From an uncultured Acidobacteriota bacterium (GTDB lineage: Bacteria > Acidobacteriota > Vicinamibacteria > Fen-336), in assembly GCA_963742595.1 (NCBI GenBank), contig CAVUMT010000001.1:3854314-3918313 (forward strand): 64,000 bases of DNA. The letters are read 5' to 3'. Made by a program: the position numbers and the translations under genes. This document shows, one piece after another, positions 35,285 to 46,168 of this stretch (the stretch's first letter is position 1; the number at the start of each line of letters is the position of its first letter). The notes under the pieces were generated by a model. That model saw only the letters and a list, made by a program, of their open reading frames with translations. It ran no database searches and was not told the DNA's origin.

Positions 35285-35697
35285 GCTACCTTCTCGACAC
35301 GAACGTTCTGTCCGAGCTCCGCAAGGGGCGACGCTGCCATCCTGCGGTCGCGAGCTGGTATTCGACGCTCGGCGAGGACGACGTGTATCTCAGCGTTCTC
35401 GTCATTGGCGAGATCCGTCTGGGAATCGAGAGGCTAAGGCGCCGCGATCCGGCTTCGGCGCGTGTGATCGACCGCTGGCTCGCCGCCATTGTCTCCACCC
35501 ACGCGGATCGAATACTCCCGGTGGATCGGGAGATTGCGGAGGAATGGGGACGACTGGCCTCTCCCCGTCCGTTGCCCGTAGTGGACGGGTTGCTCGCGGC
35601 CACCGCCAAGATTCGTGGCCTGACATTGGCCACGCGGAATCTCGTGGACGTGTCGGAAACCGGTGTCGCCTGCGTCGACCCGTTCGAGGTTCAGTGA
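35281..35697 (+). CDS. vapC: Type II toxin, PIN-domain VapC/FitB-like
   Basis: Intact 138 aa; MSYLLDTNVLSELRKG...; acidic PIN residues. Confidence 0.75.
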   Translation: MSYLLDTNVLSELRKGRRCHPAVASWYSTLGEDDVYLSVLVIGEIRLGIERLRRRDPASARVIDRWLAAIVSTHADRILPVDREIAEEWGRLASPRPLPVVDGLLAATAKIRGLTLATRNLVDVSETGVACVDPFEVQ

Positions 35698-36660
35698 CGT
35701 CGTCACCGGACCTCACCGCCGCGGTCCTGCGCGGCGACGTGCGCGCGGTGGCGCGGGCCATCAGCCTGGTGGAGGACGGTCGGCCCGAGGCGCCCGCGGC
35801 TGCTGGCCGCGCTCTTCCCCCACGCCGGCCGGGCCCTCGTCGTCGGGGTGACGGGGCCGCCGGGGGCGGGCAAGTCGACGCTCGTCGACCGCCTGACCGC
35901 GCACCTGCGCGCAAGCAGGGGAAGACCGTGGGGATCGTGGCCGTCGATCCCACGTCGCCCTACAGCGGGGGCGCGATCCTCGGCGACCGCATCCGCATGC
36001 AGGCCCACGCCCTCGACCCCGGGGTCTTCATCCGCTCGATGGCCACGCGCGGCCATCTGGGCGGGCTCGCCGCCGCCACCGGCCACGTCGTCACCGTGCT
36101 CGCCGCGTCCGGGAAGGACGTGGTCCTCGTGGAGACCGTGGGGGTGGGGCAGGACGAGGTGGAGATCGTGGGCACCGCCGACGTGAGCGTCGTGGTGCTC
36201 GTGCCCGGCCTCGGGCGACGAGGTCCAGGCCCTGAAGGCCGGGATCATGGAGATCGCCGACGTGTTCGTGGTGAACAAGGCCGACCGCGAGGGCGTCGAC
36301 CGGGTGGTGGCGGAGATCGAGTCGATGCTCTCGCTCGCCGCCCACGACGGCCACGTGCCCGCGATCGTCAAGACGGTGGCCTCCGAGGACCAGGGAGTCG
36401 CGGAGCTCCTCGCGCGCGATCGAGGCCTTCCGGACGAAGGCCGAGGCCTCGGGCCTCCTCGCTCGAGAAGCGCCGCGCGCACCTGCGCCAGCAGTTCGAG
36501 GACACCGTGCGCGCGCGGCTTCTGGCCAGCACGCCTGGTCGAAGCGTCCTCGACCGCGGACGAGCTCGAGGCCACGGTCGACCGCCTGGCCCGGCGCGAG
36601 CTCGATCCCTTCACGCGCCGCGGACGCGCGTCCTGCGTAGAGATGGGGCTCGAGCATGAA
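35694..36660 (+). CDS. meaB: Methylmalonyl-CoA-mutase-associated GTPase MeaB/ArgK (frameshifted)
   Basis: ...GVTGPPGAGKSTLVDRL..., ...ILGDRIRMQ..., ...VLVETVGVGQDEV..., ...VVNKADREG...; GTG start overlaps the vapC TGA. Confidence 0.75.
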
Positions 36661-37069
36661 GATCCTGAAGATCGACCACCTGGGCATCGCGGTGCCCGGA
36701 CATGGAGGAGGCGCGTCCGGGCCTTCGAGGCCCTCGGCTTCGAGGTGGAGGCCGACGCACGACGTGCCCACCGAGAAGGTGAAGACGGCCTTCCTGCCCG
36801 TGGGCGAGTCGCACCTCGAGCTGCTGGAGCCCACCGACCCCACCTCCGTCATCGCGAAGTTCCTGGAGAAGCGCTCCGGCCTCCACCACGTGTGCGTCGC
36901 TCGTGGACGACATCGAGGCGGCGCTCGCCGAGCTCGAAGGCGCGGGGCGTGCGCTCTCATCGACGAGACGCCGCGGGTGGGCGCGGGTGGGTGCCGCGTC
37001 GCCTTCGTCCACCCCAGGGCGGCGGGGGGCGTGCTGCTCGAGCTCAAGGAAGAGGCCTCCACGGTGTGA
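36656..37069 (+). CDS. Methylmalonyl-CoA epimerase (VOC/glyoxalase fold), frameshifted
   Basis: MKILKIDHLGIAV..., ...GLHHVCV..., ...VAFVHPRAAGGVLLEL... Confidence 0.65.
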   Translation: MKILKIDHLGIAVPGHGGGASGPSRPSASRWRPTHDVPTEKVKTAFLPVGESHLELLEPTDPTSVIAKFLEKRSGLHHVCVARGRHRGGARRARRRGACALIDETPRVGAGGCRVAFVHPRAAGGVLLELKEEASTV

Positions 37070-39960
37070 AGGCGGTCCTGGTCGCGGCGACGCTTCTTCT
37101 CGTCCCGTGCGCCGCGCACGCTCTCGATCCCGGCCGCGCCATCACCCAGTACCGCCTCCAGACCTGGAGCACGGGCGACGGCCTGCCCCAGAGCTCCGTG
37201 GAGGCGATCGTCCAGACCCGCGACGGCTATCTCTGGCTGGGCACCCAGGAAGGGCTCGTCCGCTTCGACGGCGTGCGTTTCGTCGTCTTCGACAAGACGA
37301 ACACGAAGGCCCTCCGGCCAACCGCGTCATCTCGCTCTCCGAGGACCGCAAGGGCGACCTCTGGATCGGCACGGAAGGCGGGGGCCTCACCCGCATGCGG
37401 CACGGCGAGTTCACCACGTGGCGCAAGGCGGACGGCCTGCCCAACGACCGAGTGGCGGCGCTCGCGGAGGACGCGTCGGGCGTGCTGTGGGTGGGCACGG
37501 ACCGCGGCCTCGCCCGCGCGCAGGAGGGGGGATTCGTGGCCGCCGGGCTCGCGGGGAAGTACGTGCAGTCCCTGGCCGCGGGGAAGGACGGAACGGTGTG
37601 GGCGGGGGCGCGCGACGGCGGCGTGCTGGCGCGTCCGGGACGGCAAGATCGGGGAGCCGCTCTCCCTTCCCGGGACGGGCGGCATCGGTGCCCTCTGGGA
37701 GGACGACGACGGCACTTTGTGGGTGGGACGGAGGGACGCGCTCGTGCGCGTTTCTCCCGGCTCGGTGCGCGCGTTCACCGGCCGCGACGGCCTGCCCGGG
37801 CGCTCGGTCACGGACATCCACCGCGACCGCCACGGCAGCCTCTGGGTGGGGACGGAGAACGGCGGGCTCGCGCGCCTGCGGGACGACCGGTTCGAGATCT
37901 TCACCACCCGGGAGGGGCTCTCGAACAACATGGTGCTGCGGGTCCTCGAGGACCGCGAGGGCAACCTCTGGGTGGGCACGCAGGACGGGGGACTGAACCG
38001 GCTCGCGGACGGGAAGTTCGTGACCTGGACGACGCGCGAAGGCCTGGCCGGGGACATCGTGTGGCCGGTGATGGGGGACCGCGAGGGGAACCTCTGGGTG
38101 GGCACGAGCAACGGCGGGCTCAGCCGCTTCCGCGACGGCCGCTTCACGAACTTCACCACCCGCGACGGGCTGTCGAGCAACTCCATCCAGTCGCTGGCCC
38201 AGGACGCGGAGGGTGCGATCTGGGTGGGCACGCGCGGGGGCGGCTTGAACCGCCTGCAAGGACGGTCGGTGGACGCGGTGGTCCACCCGCGACGGCCTGC
38301 CCTCCGATTCCGTGACCGCGCTCCTGCCCGACCGCGACGGCCGGCTCTGGATCGGCATGCGCGACGCGGGGCTCGCCTGGATGGTCCGCGGGCGCATCGT
38401 CCCCGTGGGGGGCGCAGAGCCTGCAGCGCGAGGTCGCGCACTACATCCACCAGGACCGGCGGGGCGACGTGTGGATCGCCACCAACGGCCGCGGCCTCGT
38501 GCGCTACTCGGGCGGCGTCTTCACCTCGGTGACCACCAAGGAAGGGCTGTCCTCCGACATCGTGAACGTCGTGCACGAGGACGCGGACGGCGCGCTCTGG
38601 GTGGGGACGTTCGGCGGGGGACTGAACCGGCTGCGCGACGGCAAGATCGACCGCTGGACCACCGCGGAGGGCCTCTTCGACGACGCGATCTTCCAGGTCC
38701 TCGAGGACGGGCGGGGCCACCTCTGGATGAGCTGCAACAAGGGCGTCTTCCGCGTGAGCAAGCAGGAGCTCGACGAGGTGGCGCGCGGCGCGCGCCGCTC
38801 GCTGCAGCCCGTCGTCTACGGCCAGCTCGACGGCATGCGCAACCAGGAGTGCAACGGCGCCAACCAGCCTCCGGGCTGGAAGATGGCGGACGGGCGTCTC
38901 TTCTTCCCGACCATCGAGGGGCGTGGTCATGGTCGACCCCGAGCGGATGCACGCCAACCGCATCCCGCCCCCGATCGTGCTCGAGCAGGTGCGGGCCGAC
39001 GGCGAGCCGGTCGCCCTCGCGGAGAGCCTCGACTTTCCTCCCGACCGCGAGAACTTCGAGTTCCACTACACGGCGCCCAGCCTCTCCGTCCCCGAGCGCG
39101 TGCGCTTCCGCTACCAGCTCGAGGGCCTGGACCGCGACTGGGTGGAGGCGGGAACGCGGCGCGTGGCCTACTACACGCGCATCCCTCCCGGGCGCTACCG
39201 CTTCGTGGTCACGGCCGCCAACGAGGACGGGGTGTGGAACGAGAGCGGGGTCTCGGTGGCCTTCCGGCTCCATCCGCACTTCTGGCGCACGGGATGGTTC
39301 TTCGCCCTGAGCGGCGGTCGTCGTGGGGGCGACGGGCGTCTTCGGCTATCGCCTGCGCGTGCGCCAGCTCCACCGCCGGGAGGAGCTGCTCGTGCGCCTG
39401 GTGGAGGAGCGCACGCGCCAGCTCGAGGAGGCGAACCGCACGCTCGAGCGCCTCTCCCAGCTCGACGGCCTGACGGGGGTCGCCAACCGCCGGCGCTTCG
39501 ACGAGGTCGCTCGACGCGGAGTGGCGGCGCGGCTGCCGCACGGGGGCGCCGCTGTCTCTCGTGCTCCTGGACATCGACGCGTTCAAGGCCTTCAACGACA
39601 CCTACGGCCACCTGCGGGGGGACGAGTGCCTGCGCCAGGTGGCGGCCGCCCTCGCGGGAGCGCTCGGCCGCGCCGGCGACCTCGTGGCCCGCTACGGCGG
39701 CGAGGAGTTCGCGGCACTCCTCTCGGGGGTGGGGGCCGACGAGGCGGCGGTGGTCGCGGAGCGGCTGCGGGCCAACGTGCAGGCGCTGCGCGTTCCCCAC
39801 GGCGACCTCTCCCGCCTCGGGGGTCGTGACGATCAGCGGGGGAGTGGCGACGCTCACGCCGACGGAGCGCGGCGACCCCGCGACACTCGTGGCCGCGGCC
39901 GACCAGGCCCTCTACGAGGCCAAGCGCCAGGGACGCAACCGGGTGGTCGCCTCCGCCTGA
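37066..39960 (+). CDS. Sensor diguanylate cyclase with Reg_prop beta-propeller repeats + Y_Y_Y domain + TM + GGDEF (at least 7 frameshifts)
   Basis: Many ...DG.LW.GT.GGL.R... repeats; ...YRFVV.A.N.DGVW...; ...RYGGEEFA... Confidence 0.75.
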
Positions 39961-39961
39961 G

Positions 39962-40381
39962 TCAGGGCTTGGGCGCGGGCTCGGGCCGCTTCGTCAACGG
40001 GTGCTTGTCCCCGCGGTGGCAGGTGTAGCAGGTCACCTTCATCTCTCCCGCGGCGGCGGGCTCGCCCACGTCCTTGAGCATCTCGTTGTCGTGCATCACC
40101 ATCCGCAGCATCAACCGGGCCGTCTTCTTGTTCTCCTTCTCGTCGCTGGCGAAGTCGAACGCGGCGAGATCGTCCGGGTTCGAGCCCTTGAACACGTGGC
40201 AGGACTGGCAGCGGACGCCCAGGCCCTGCACGAATCCCTTCATCGTCGCCACCACGGTCCGCGGGCTCGTGTCCTTCGGAAGGACTTGCAGGTTCGTGGG
40301 GGTGGGGGGCGACCATTGCTGGGCGAACGCGGCCGTTCCTCCGGCGGCTGCCGCCATCGCCATCACGAGCAACGTTCTCAT
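39962..40381 (-). CDS. Small periplasmic dihaem c-type cytochrome
   Basis: Intact 139 aa; signal peptide; two CXXCH motifs (CQSCH, CYTCH). Confidence 0.65.
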   Translation of the reverse strand: MRTLLVMAMAAAAGGTAAFAQQWSPPTPTNLQVLPKDTSPRTVVATMKGFVQGLGVRCQSCHVFKGSNPDDLAAFDFASDEKENKKTARLMLRMVMHDNEMLKDVGEPAAAGEMKVTCYTCHRGDKHPLTKRPEPAPKP

Positions 40382-40396
40382 CGTCGGCCTCCTTGC

Positions 40397-41320
40397 TCAT
40401 CTCCTCCGATACACGTCGGTGCTCACGTACTTGAGCCCGGAGTCGGCCATGAGCGTGACCACCTTGGCCCCCGGCCCCAGACGCTCGGCGACCCGGATCG
40501 CGGCCACGACGTTCGCGCCCGACGACGTCCCCGCGAAGAGCCCCTCCTCGCGCGCGATGCGGCGCGCCATCTCCTTCGCCTCGTCCGTCCGGACGGGCAG
40601 GATCTCGTCCACGAGGGCCGGCTCCCAGAGCGGGGGGGTGTAGCCGATGCCGACGCCTTCGATCTTGTGGGGGCCCGGTTGACCGCCGAGGAGCACGGAG
40701 GATTCCGCGGGCTCCACGACCACGATCCGGACGCCGGGCTTGTGGCGCTTCAGGACGGTCGCGACTCCTCGCGAAGAGGCGGCCGTGCCCACGGAATGCA
40801 CGAAGGCGTCGACCTGTCCCTTCGTCTGGGTCCAGATCTCCTCGCCCAGCGCGTGGTAGCCGGCGATGCTGTCCTGGTTGTTGAGCTGGTCGGTCCAGTA
40901 GGTGCGCGGCCGCAGGCTCAGCTCGCGGGCCGTCTCGATCATGTCCAGGATCAGCTTCTTGGTCGTGAGCCCTCCCTCGCTCGGGACGAGGGTCAGCTCC
41001 GCGCCGAGCGCGGCCATGTGGTCGAGCTTCTCCTTGCTGAAGGCGTCCGAGCTGACGATCTGGAGACGGTAGCCCTTGGCCGCGCAGACGAGCGCGAGCG
41101 AAGCCCCGGTGCTGCCTCCCGTGTACTCGACCACGGTGTCCCCGGGCTTCAGCCGTCCGTCCTGCTCCGCACGCGCGATCACGGCCTGGGCCATTCGGTC
41201 CTTGACGCTGCCCGTGGGGTTCTCCCACTCGAGCTTCACGAGCACGTCGGCGCTGCCGGAGGGTACGACCTTGCGCAGCCTGACGATCGAGGTGTTTCCG
41301 ATGGCGTCGAGAAGGTCCAT
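40397..41320 (-). CDS. cysK: Cysteine synthase (PLP-dependent)
   Basis: Intact 307 aa; ...LEWENPTGSVKDRMA... Confidence 0.85.
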   Translation of the reverse strand: MDLLDAIGNTSIVRLRKVVPSGSADVLVKLEWENPTGSVKDRMAQAVIARAEQDGRLKPGDTVVEYTGGSTGASLALVCAAKGYRLQIVSSDAFSKEKLDHMAALGAELTLVPSEGGLTTKKLILDMIETARELSLRPRTYWTDQLNNQDSIAGYHALGEEIWTQTKGQVDAFVHSVGTAASSRGVATVLKRHKPGVRIVVVEPAESSVLLGGQPGPHKIEGVGIGYTPPLWEPALVDEILPVRTDEAKEMARRIAREEGLFAGTSSGANVVAAIRVAERLGPGAKVVTLMADSGLKYVSTDVYRRR

Positions 41321-41391
41321 GGAGGGCCATGGTAACGCCTAACGCAAGGGCGAGTCCACGATCGGTTCTGGCGGGCCAGGAACTCGCTGCT

Positions 41392-41885
41392 TCAGTCAGG
41401 CGCGAATCGGCCAGGCGCGTATTCTGTCCCCAGCCGACCTTCCACGAGCCCTCGCGCCGTGTCACGACCAGGAACTTGCGACTTCGAACCACCTTGTCCG
41501 GAGACCGCTCGTCTCCGGACAGCGTGCTGTAGAACCTCACGACGGCGGCATCGGGACCGACGAAGGTCAGCTCTTCGAGACGCTCCCGTTGAATGCTGTT
41601 GCGGAAGACCGTCTTGTGCACGGCAGCGTGACCGTCCTCGATCGCCGCCCTTCCCGTCCAGACGGCACCCGTCCACAGGATCCAGGTGGCGTCTTCGTGG
41701 AACAAGCGCGCGAACGCTCGCATGTCGTGGCTGTTCCACGCTTCTTCCCACCGCTGGACGAGTGCCGTGATCTGTTCGCGGTCGCCAGCCCTCTCGACGG
41801 CTGGCGAGTCCTGGCCGACCGCCGCGGACGCAGCGGCCAAGAAGCTAAAGACGACGACAGCGATCCGAAAGCCAGTCCTATCCAT
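41392..41885 (-). CDS. Secreted SnoaL-like / DUF4440 (SgcJ/EcaC-type) protein; 3' end uncertain (probable frameshift)
   Basis: Signal peptide; ...ITALVQRWEEAWNSHDMRAFARLFHEDATW... Confidence 0.5.
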
Positions 41886-41900
41886 GACGCCCTTTCCGTC

Positions 41901-42860
41901 TCAGTAGACTTCCAGATCGCGGCCCACGACGACGTGGCCCGGATAGCGCGACATCTCGGCGAGCAAAGTCGCGGGCGTCGACCGCTCAGAGTCGACGGAG
42001 GGTCGCAGCGACAAGGACGCGTGAGAGAGCACCAGCAGCCGCGGCCTGGCCTGCGTGGCGAGCTCGACGAGCTGCGATGTCGTCGTGTGGAACTGCGCCG
42101 CATAGGCGCGAAAGTCCGGGCGCCTGGCCAGCCATTCGTGCGTCAGCACTTCGTGAACCAGCACGTCGCAGCCCCGGCAGGCGTCGATCGTCGCCTGCGT
42201 GGGGTTGGTGTCGCCCGATATCACGATGCTGCGGTCGGGTGTGTCGAACCGGTAGCCGTAGCTCTCCATGGCGTGCTTGGTCGCGAACGCCGTGACGGTG
42301 ACGTTGGCGTCCTTGTAGACCACCCCGGCGCGGATCTCGTGCGCGTTCACCTGGTGGCCTTCGGGGAACGCTCCCACCGTGAAGAGGCCGCGGTCCTTCG
42401 TCCGCGTCTCGAAGTCGGCCTTGTAGGCCTCGAGGACATGCTCGGTCATCCCCGTGATCCCGGCTGGCCCGTAGACCTCCAGAGGGACGCGGCGTCCGAG
42501 CACCCACGGCGTGAGAATGAGGTCCGGATACCCGACCGTGTGGTCGGAATGGAGATGCGTCGCGAAGACGACCCGCAGGTTGACGGGCTCCAGCGCGGGG
42601 ATTCCCCGGTCGACCGCCGCCGCTTTCGCGCGCCGCACGACTCCCGCGCCGAAATCCACGAGGTACGGCGTGCCGTCGACGACGACGGCGGTCGCGGGTC
42701 CCGAGCGGTCGGGATCGGCAGGGGGGGTGCCGGTCCCCAGGAGCACCACCTGCGTGCGAGTCGGTGCGGCCGGGGTCGGCGGCTGTCCCTGCGCCGCCTC
42801 CATCGTGACGACCAGGGCGGAGACCACGACCGCTAGCCGAAGCGTGTGCGAGAGAGGCAT
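41901..42860 (-). CDS. Secreted MBL-fold metallo-hydrolase
   Basis: ...FATHLHSDHTVG...; signal peptide. Confidence 0.7.
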   Translation of the reverse strand: MPLSHTLRLAVVVSALVVTMEAAQGQPPTPAAPTRTQVVLLGTGTPPADPDRSGPATAVVVDGTPYLVDFGAGVVRRAKAAAVDRGIPALEPVNLRVVFATHLHSDHTVGYPDLILTPWVLGRRVPLEVYGPAGITGMTEHVLEAYKADFETRTKDRGLFTVGAFPEGHQVNAHEIRAGVVYKDANVTVTAFATKHAMESYGYRFDTPDRSIVISGDTNPTQATIDACRGCDVLVHEVLTHEWLARRPDFRAYAAQFHTTTSQLVELATQARPRLLVLSHASLSLRPSVDSERSTPATLLAEMSRYPGHVVVGRDLEVY

Positions 42861-42984
42861 TCGCCGAACGCCCATCAATCGAGGAGTGACAGCGCGATGA
42901 GAGGCGCCAGCCGGAACCATCTGGCGTGGATGCGCTGGATCAAATTGCGCCCGAACACCCAGGCCAGGAACCACGTCAGCATGG

Positions 42985-43725
42985 TCAACTTCTCCTCCCC
43001 TCGCTGAAGAATATGGGCTGCCCTACCGCGAGGCGCCCGCGTCGAGTGACGGTGCCGTAGACCCCAGCCTTGTTGTCCCTCACTCGAACGATCGCCTTCA
43101 ACATTTCGGCGGCGAGGCGTGCCGAGTCAGGATCGAAGTTCACCATCGAGCAGCGCTCGTCGCGATTGGTGATGGCTATGGCCGCGCCCTCGTTGGTTTC
43201 TCCGAACGAGAGGACGCCCCCCACCCATTCGTCCTCCTCGAAGGGCACTGATCGACGCGATGCCACCAGGATGTTCGGTCGGAATCTTCGGACGTCCGGA
43301 GGCTGGGCCGCGAGCCTCGCGACCTCGCCGACCGTGGAGGAGGCAATCACGGAGACGCTCGCTTCGTCGAAGATGCCGCGGTTGAGATGCATCATTTCGA
43401 CCGGCGAACCATGGCGGCGACCGACCTCCGTCGCCAGTTCCTGGCCGAACAGAGCCAGCTCCTCTCCCTCCGGTGTGCGAACGTGCGTGGGGAGGTATCC
43501 ATCGACGGCGGGCCCCCGCCGCAGTGGAGCAAAGAGAATCAGCTCCGGAAGCGTGCTGGCGGTCAGCCAGGGGAAACCGCCGCGATCGCCAGTCCGACGG
43601 AATGCCAGGCGCCGGTCGCCGTCAAGACCGTGCCAGCCCAGGTCGGCGACCTCGAGCGGCTCGCCTCTCATGGACTTCACCGGGTACCGGAAGAGCGCCT
43701 CTACTTCACCGATCTTGATTGGCAT
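42985..43725 (-). CDS. MOSC-domain protein
   Basis: MPIKIGEVEALFRYPVKSMRGE... Confidence 0.65.
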   Translation of the reverse strand: MPIKIGEVEALFRYPVKSMRGEPLEVADLGWHGLDGDRRLAFRRTGDRGGFPWLTASTLPELILFAPLRRGPAVDGYLPTHVRTPEGEELALFGQELATEVGRRHGSPVEMMHLNRGIFDEASVSVIASSTVGEVARLAAQPPDVRRFRPNILVASRRSVPFEEDEWVGGVLSFGETNEGAAIAITNRDERCSMVNFDPDSARLAAEMLKAIVRVRDNKAGVYGTVTRRGRLAVGQPIFFSEGRRS

Positions 43726-44032
43726 GTTCGATGTCGTCGCTAGGCTGTCGTACCAGTGCAACTCGGCCCACGGAGTTGACCGTGAGACAGCCGGACCATC
43801 GCTTCACCCTTCATCTCGAGCCGTGCCTCGTCCGCCGCATCGCATCGTTCGTCGGCCTCCACGCTCATGCTAGCCCTCGTCGTGTCAACCAGCTCTTCAG
43901 CCGCGCTCCAATTCCCGGAAGGCGGGGGAAAAAGGTGCGGCCCAGGTCGGCGAGGAGAGGATGGTCTGGACAAGCCTCACGAAGGATGCCGAGCCAATGA
44001 TCGAAGGCGTCTTGAGTCATCGGCTCAGCCCT

Positions 44033-44668
44033 TCATGAATCGGTGCTCAGACCGAGGCGCTTTGCGACGAGTTCCACGGTACCGCGAAAAGGTGAGCTAC
44101 CCGCGCCTCCCAGTGCACGCTGGATCTGTTCCCGAGCCTCTGACAAGAGGCCCTTCTCAACAGCGAGCATCGCGTGGACAAGGGGCGCTTGGCTCGGTAT
44201 CAAGCCCGGAAGGCCTCCGCTCTCCCGCAGGCCACTCAGCAGTGCATCGCTGTTCACGAACCTGTCGAGGAAGGGCACGCCATATGCTATGACGGCGTCC
44301 GCGACTTCCCCTGAGACCGCGGCCAAGTCAATGTTGGCGTCTACCTTCCACCAGTGATCGCACCGCGACGGCATGAGAGCGCCGATCCGCTGACAGACGG
44401 GGTAGAGAGCCGTTGCCGGGTTCGAAGGTATCGGCCTCGAGGTCCACAAGGTGTAGAGCCAGGGCGATGTCACCCCGAGGTTGACCGTAAACGAACCGGA
44501 TGTCGCAGTACCCCACTGACTCGACTGAAAGTGGACGCCGTGGATCACACCTTGATGAAGACGATGGAGGTGAAGCCCCTGTCGACGAAAGCCGGCGCTC
44601 TTGAGGCCTCGGTCGCTGGCAGCCTTCGCCGCCGCCGCCATGGCGAGCCGTGTTCGTGAAGGTGGCAT
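44033..44668 (-). CDS. DUF4304-like hypothetical protein; possible distal-most cassette or flanking gene
   Basis: Intact 211 aa; begins immediately after attC_a; no clear attC downstream. Confidence 0.4.
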   Translation of the reverse strand: MPPSRTRLAMAAAAKAASDRGLKSAGFRRQGLHLHRLHQGVIHGVHFQSSQWGTATSGSFTVNLGVTSPWLYTLWTSRPIPSNPATALYPVCQRIGALMPSRCDHWWKVDANIDLAAVSGEVADAVIAYGVPFLDRFVNSDALLSGLRESGGLPGLIPSQAPLVHAMLAVEKGLLSEAREQIQRALGGAGSSPFRGTVELVAKRLGLSTDS

Positions 44669-44692
44669 CTCACCTCAGTCGGCCGAACACTG

Positions 44693-44796
44693 CGGATCAC
44701 CTGCGAAGCCGCGACTCAATGAAGAAAGGTGCGTCTGGGTACTCTTCCTCCAGGTAAGCCACGCACTTTGTCAGGTGCATCCGCTTGTTGGGCGGC
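44693..44796. other. Integron attC-like recombination site (a)
   Basis: gccgAACACtgcggatcacCTGCGAAG...CTTTGtCAGGtgcatccgcTTGTTgggc; arms pair with bulged bases. Confidence 0.7.
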
Positions 44797-44810
44797 TCAC
44801 GCGACTCCCT

Positions 44811-45206
44811 TTAAGGATGCCTTGCCTTCAGGCTGATGATGCACCAGAAGCCCATGACAGCGTGACCAACGACGATGGGCCAGAGGGCGATCCCGGACAC
44901 TCCCCAGACGAGAGCCGCATGGACAAGAATCGTAAGGACCCCGGCGTTGTAGAGCGCCATCGCGCCTACAAGGCCCCGCACCGCGCGAGTGCCTTCGTCA
45001 TGCCGCGCCAGCCAGCATGTAACTCCCAAAGCCAGCAGCGCCACCCCTGCGACACGCGCGACGACGAGCGCAGCGACCGAATCGAGTAATGAACCCAGTA
45101 TCAGAGACGACACGAGGGAGGGTTGTGCCAATAGCCCAAGACCAGTAGCGGCTTCCAGCACCGCGGTGACGGTCAGAACCTTGTTCATGCCCGATCTCTC
45201 CAGCAC
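44811..45206 (-). CDS. Cassette ORF: small 4-TM membrane protein
   Basis: Intact 131 aa; hydrophobic. Confidence 0.5.
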   Translation of the reverse strand: MLERSGMNKVLTVTAVLEAATGLGLLAQPSLVSSLILGSLLDSVAALVVARVAGVALLALGVTCWLARHDEGTRAVRGLVGAMALYNAGVLTILVHAALVWGVSGIALWPIVVGHAVMGFWCIISLKARHP

Positions 45207-45299
45207 GCGTCGCCCATGGGTTGTCTATCATCCTCGGGAACTCCGCCTCGGTCTTCCACCGAAGCGTCTGGGCTTGACCCGTTTTGGTAGACAGTCTCT

Positions 45300-46153
45300 C
45301 TATGCCGCCGGTTGATCGCCAACAGAGTAACGCCGTTCCATCTCGGCAGGGCTCGCGTATCCGAGGGACGAGTGTCGGCGCTGCTGGTTGTAGAACACCT
45401 CGATGTAGTCGAACAGCTGGTCCTTGGCATCACCTGGGGTATCGAACCGCTCGCCGAGCTCGAACTTGAGCGTCGAGAACCAGCTCTCCATGGCAGCGTT
45501 GTCGTAGCAGTTGCCACGGCGGCTCATGCTGCAGGTGATTCCACGAGCGGCCGAGTGTCCGACGGTAGTCCTCGCTGGCGTACGTACTGCCCTGGTCGGA
45601 GTGATGAAGCAGCCCGGCGTGCGGATCCGCGGCGCTGCAGCGCCTGGTCCAGGGCTCGAAGGGTGAGATGGCGATCGTTGACAGCGCTGATCGCCCAGCC
45701 GACGATGAGCCGCGAGTACAGGTCGAGGACGGCGGCGAGGTAGAGCTGCCGCTTCCCGCGAGCAACTCCGTGGTGTCACCGACCCACCGCTGGTTCGGCG
45801 ATGTGGCGTCGAACCGGCGGGCGAGCAGGTTCGGAGCGACCGGCTGATCGTGCTCGCTCATCGTGGTGCACTGGTACCGGCGACGGACACGAGCCTTGAG
45901 GCGCCCCTGGCGCATGAGTCGCGCGATCCGCTTGCGGCCCACGTGCTCTCCCTGAGGCCAGCTCGGCGTGGACGCGCGGGCTGCCGTAGGTTCGGCGACT
46001 GCGCTCGTGAGCCGCCTGGACCAGAACCGTCGAGCCTCCGATCCTCGCGCGCCCACCGCGACTCCGGGCGCTCCTGCCAGGCGTAGAAGCCAGCCCGAGA
46101 CACCGAGAGCACAGCGCACATCCTCGAAATCGGATACGCCGCCTTCTCCGCAT
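45300..46153 (-). pseudogene. IS3 transposase OrfB (DDE integrase), at least 2 extra frameshifts
   Basis: ...NQRWVGDTTELLAGSG..., ...CYDNAAMESWFSTLKFEL...YNQQRRHSSLGY... in 3 frames. Confidence 0.7.
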
Positions 46154-46168
46154 CGATGAACGCGAACC

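Noticed and set aside
39912-41885. 657-aa minus-strand ORF spanning the SnoaL-like gene, cysK and the cytochrome gene in one frame
   Set aside because: Only the first about 160 codons look like a real protein (signal peptide + DUF4440). The rest runs through two other genes in the wrong frame. Likely a lost stop or frameshift near 41400.
41589-42836. 415-aa plus-strand ORF
   Set aside because: Antisense to the MBL-fold hydrolase and the SnoaL-like gene. D/R/G-rich with no domain signal.
43961-44040. Weak inverted repeat (gagccaatgatcgaagg...ccttcatgaatcggtgctc) downstream of the DUF4304 gene as a possible terminal attC
   Set aside because: The arms lack the conserved AACAC/TTGTT boxes and pair poorly. 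It is more likely a terminator or the degenerate array edge.
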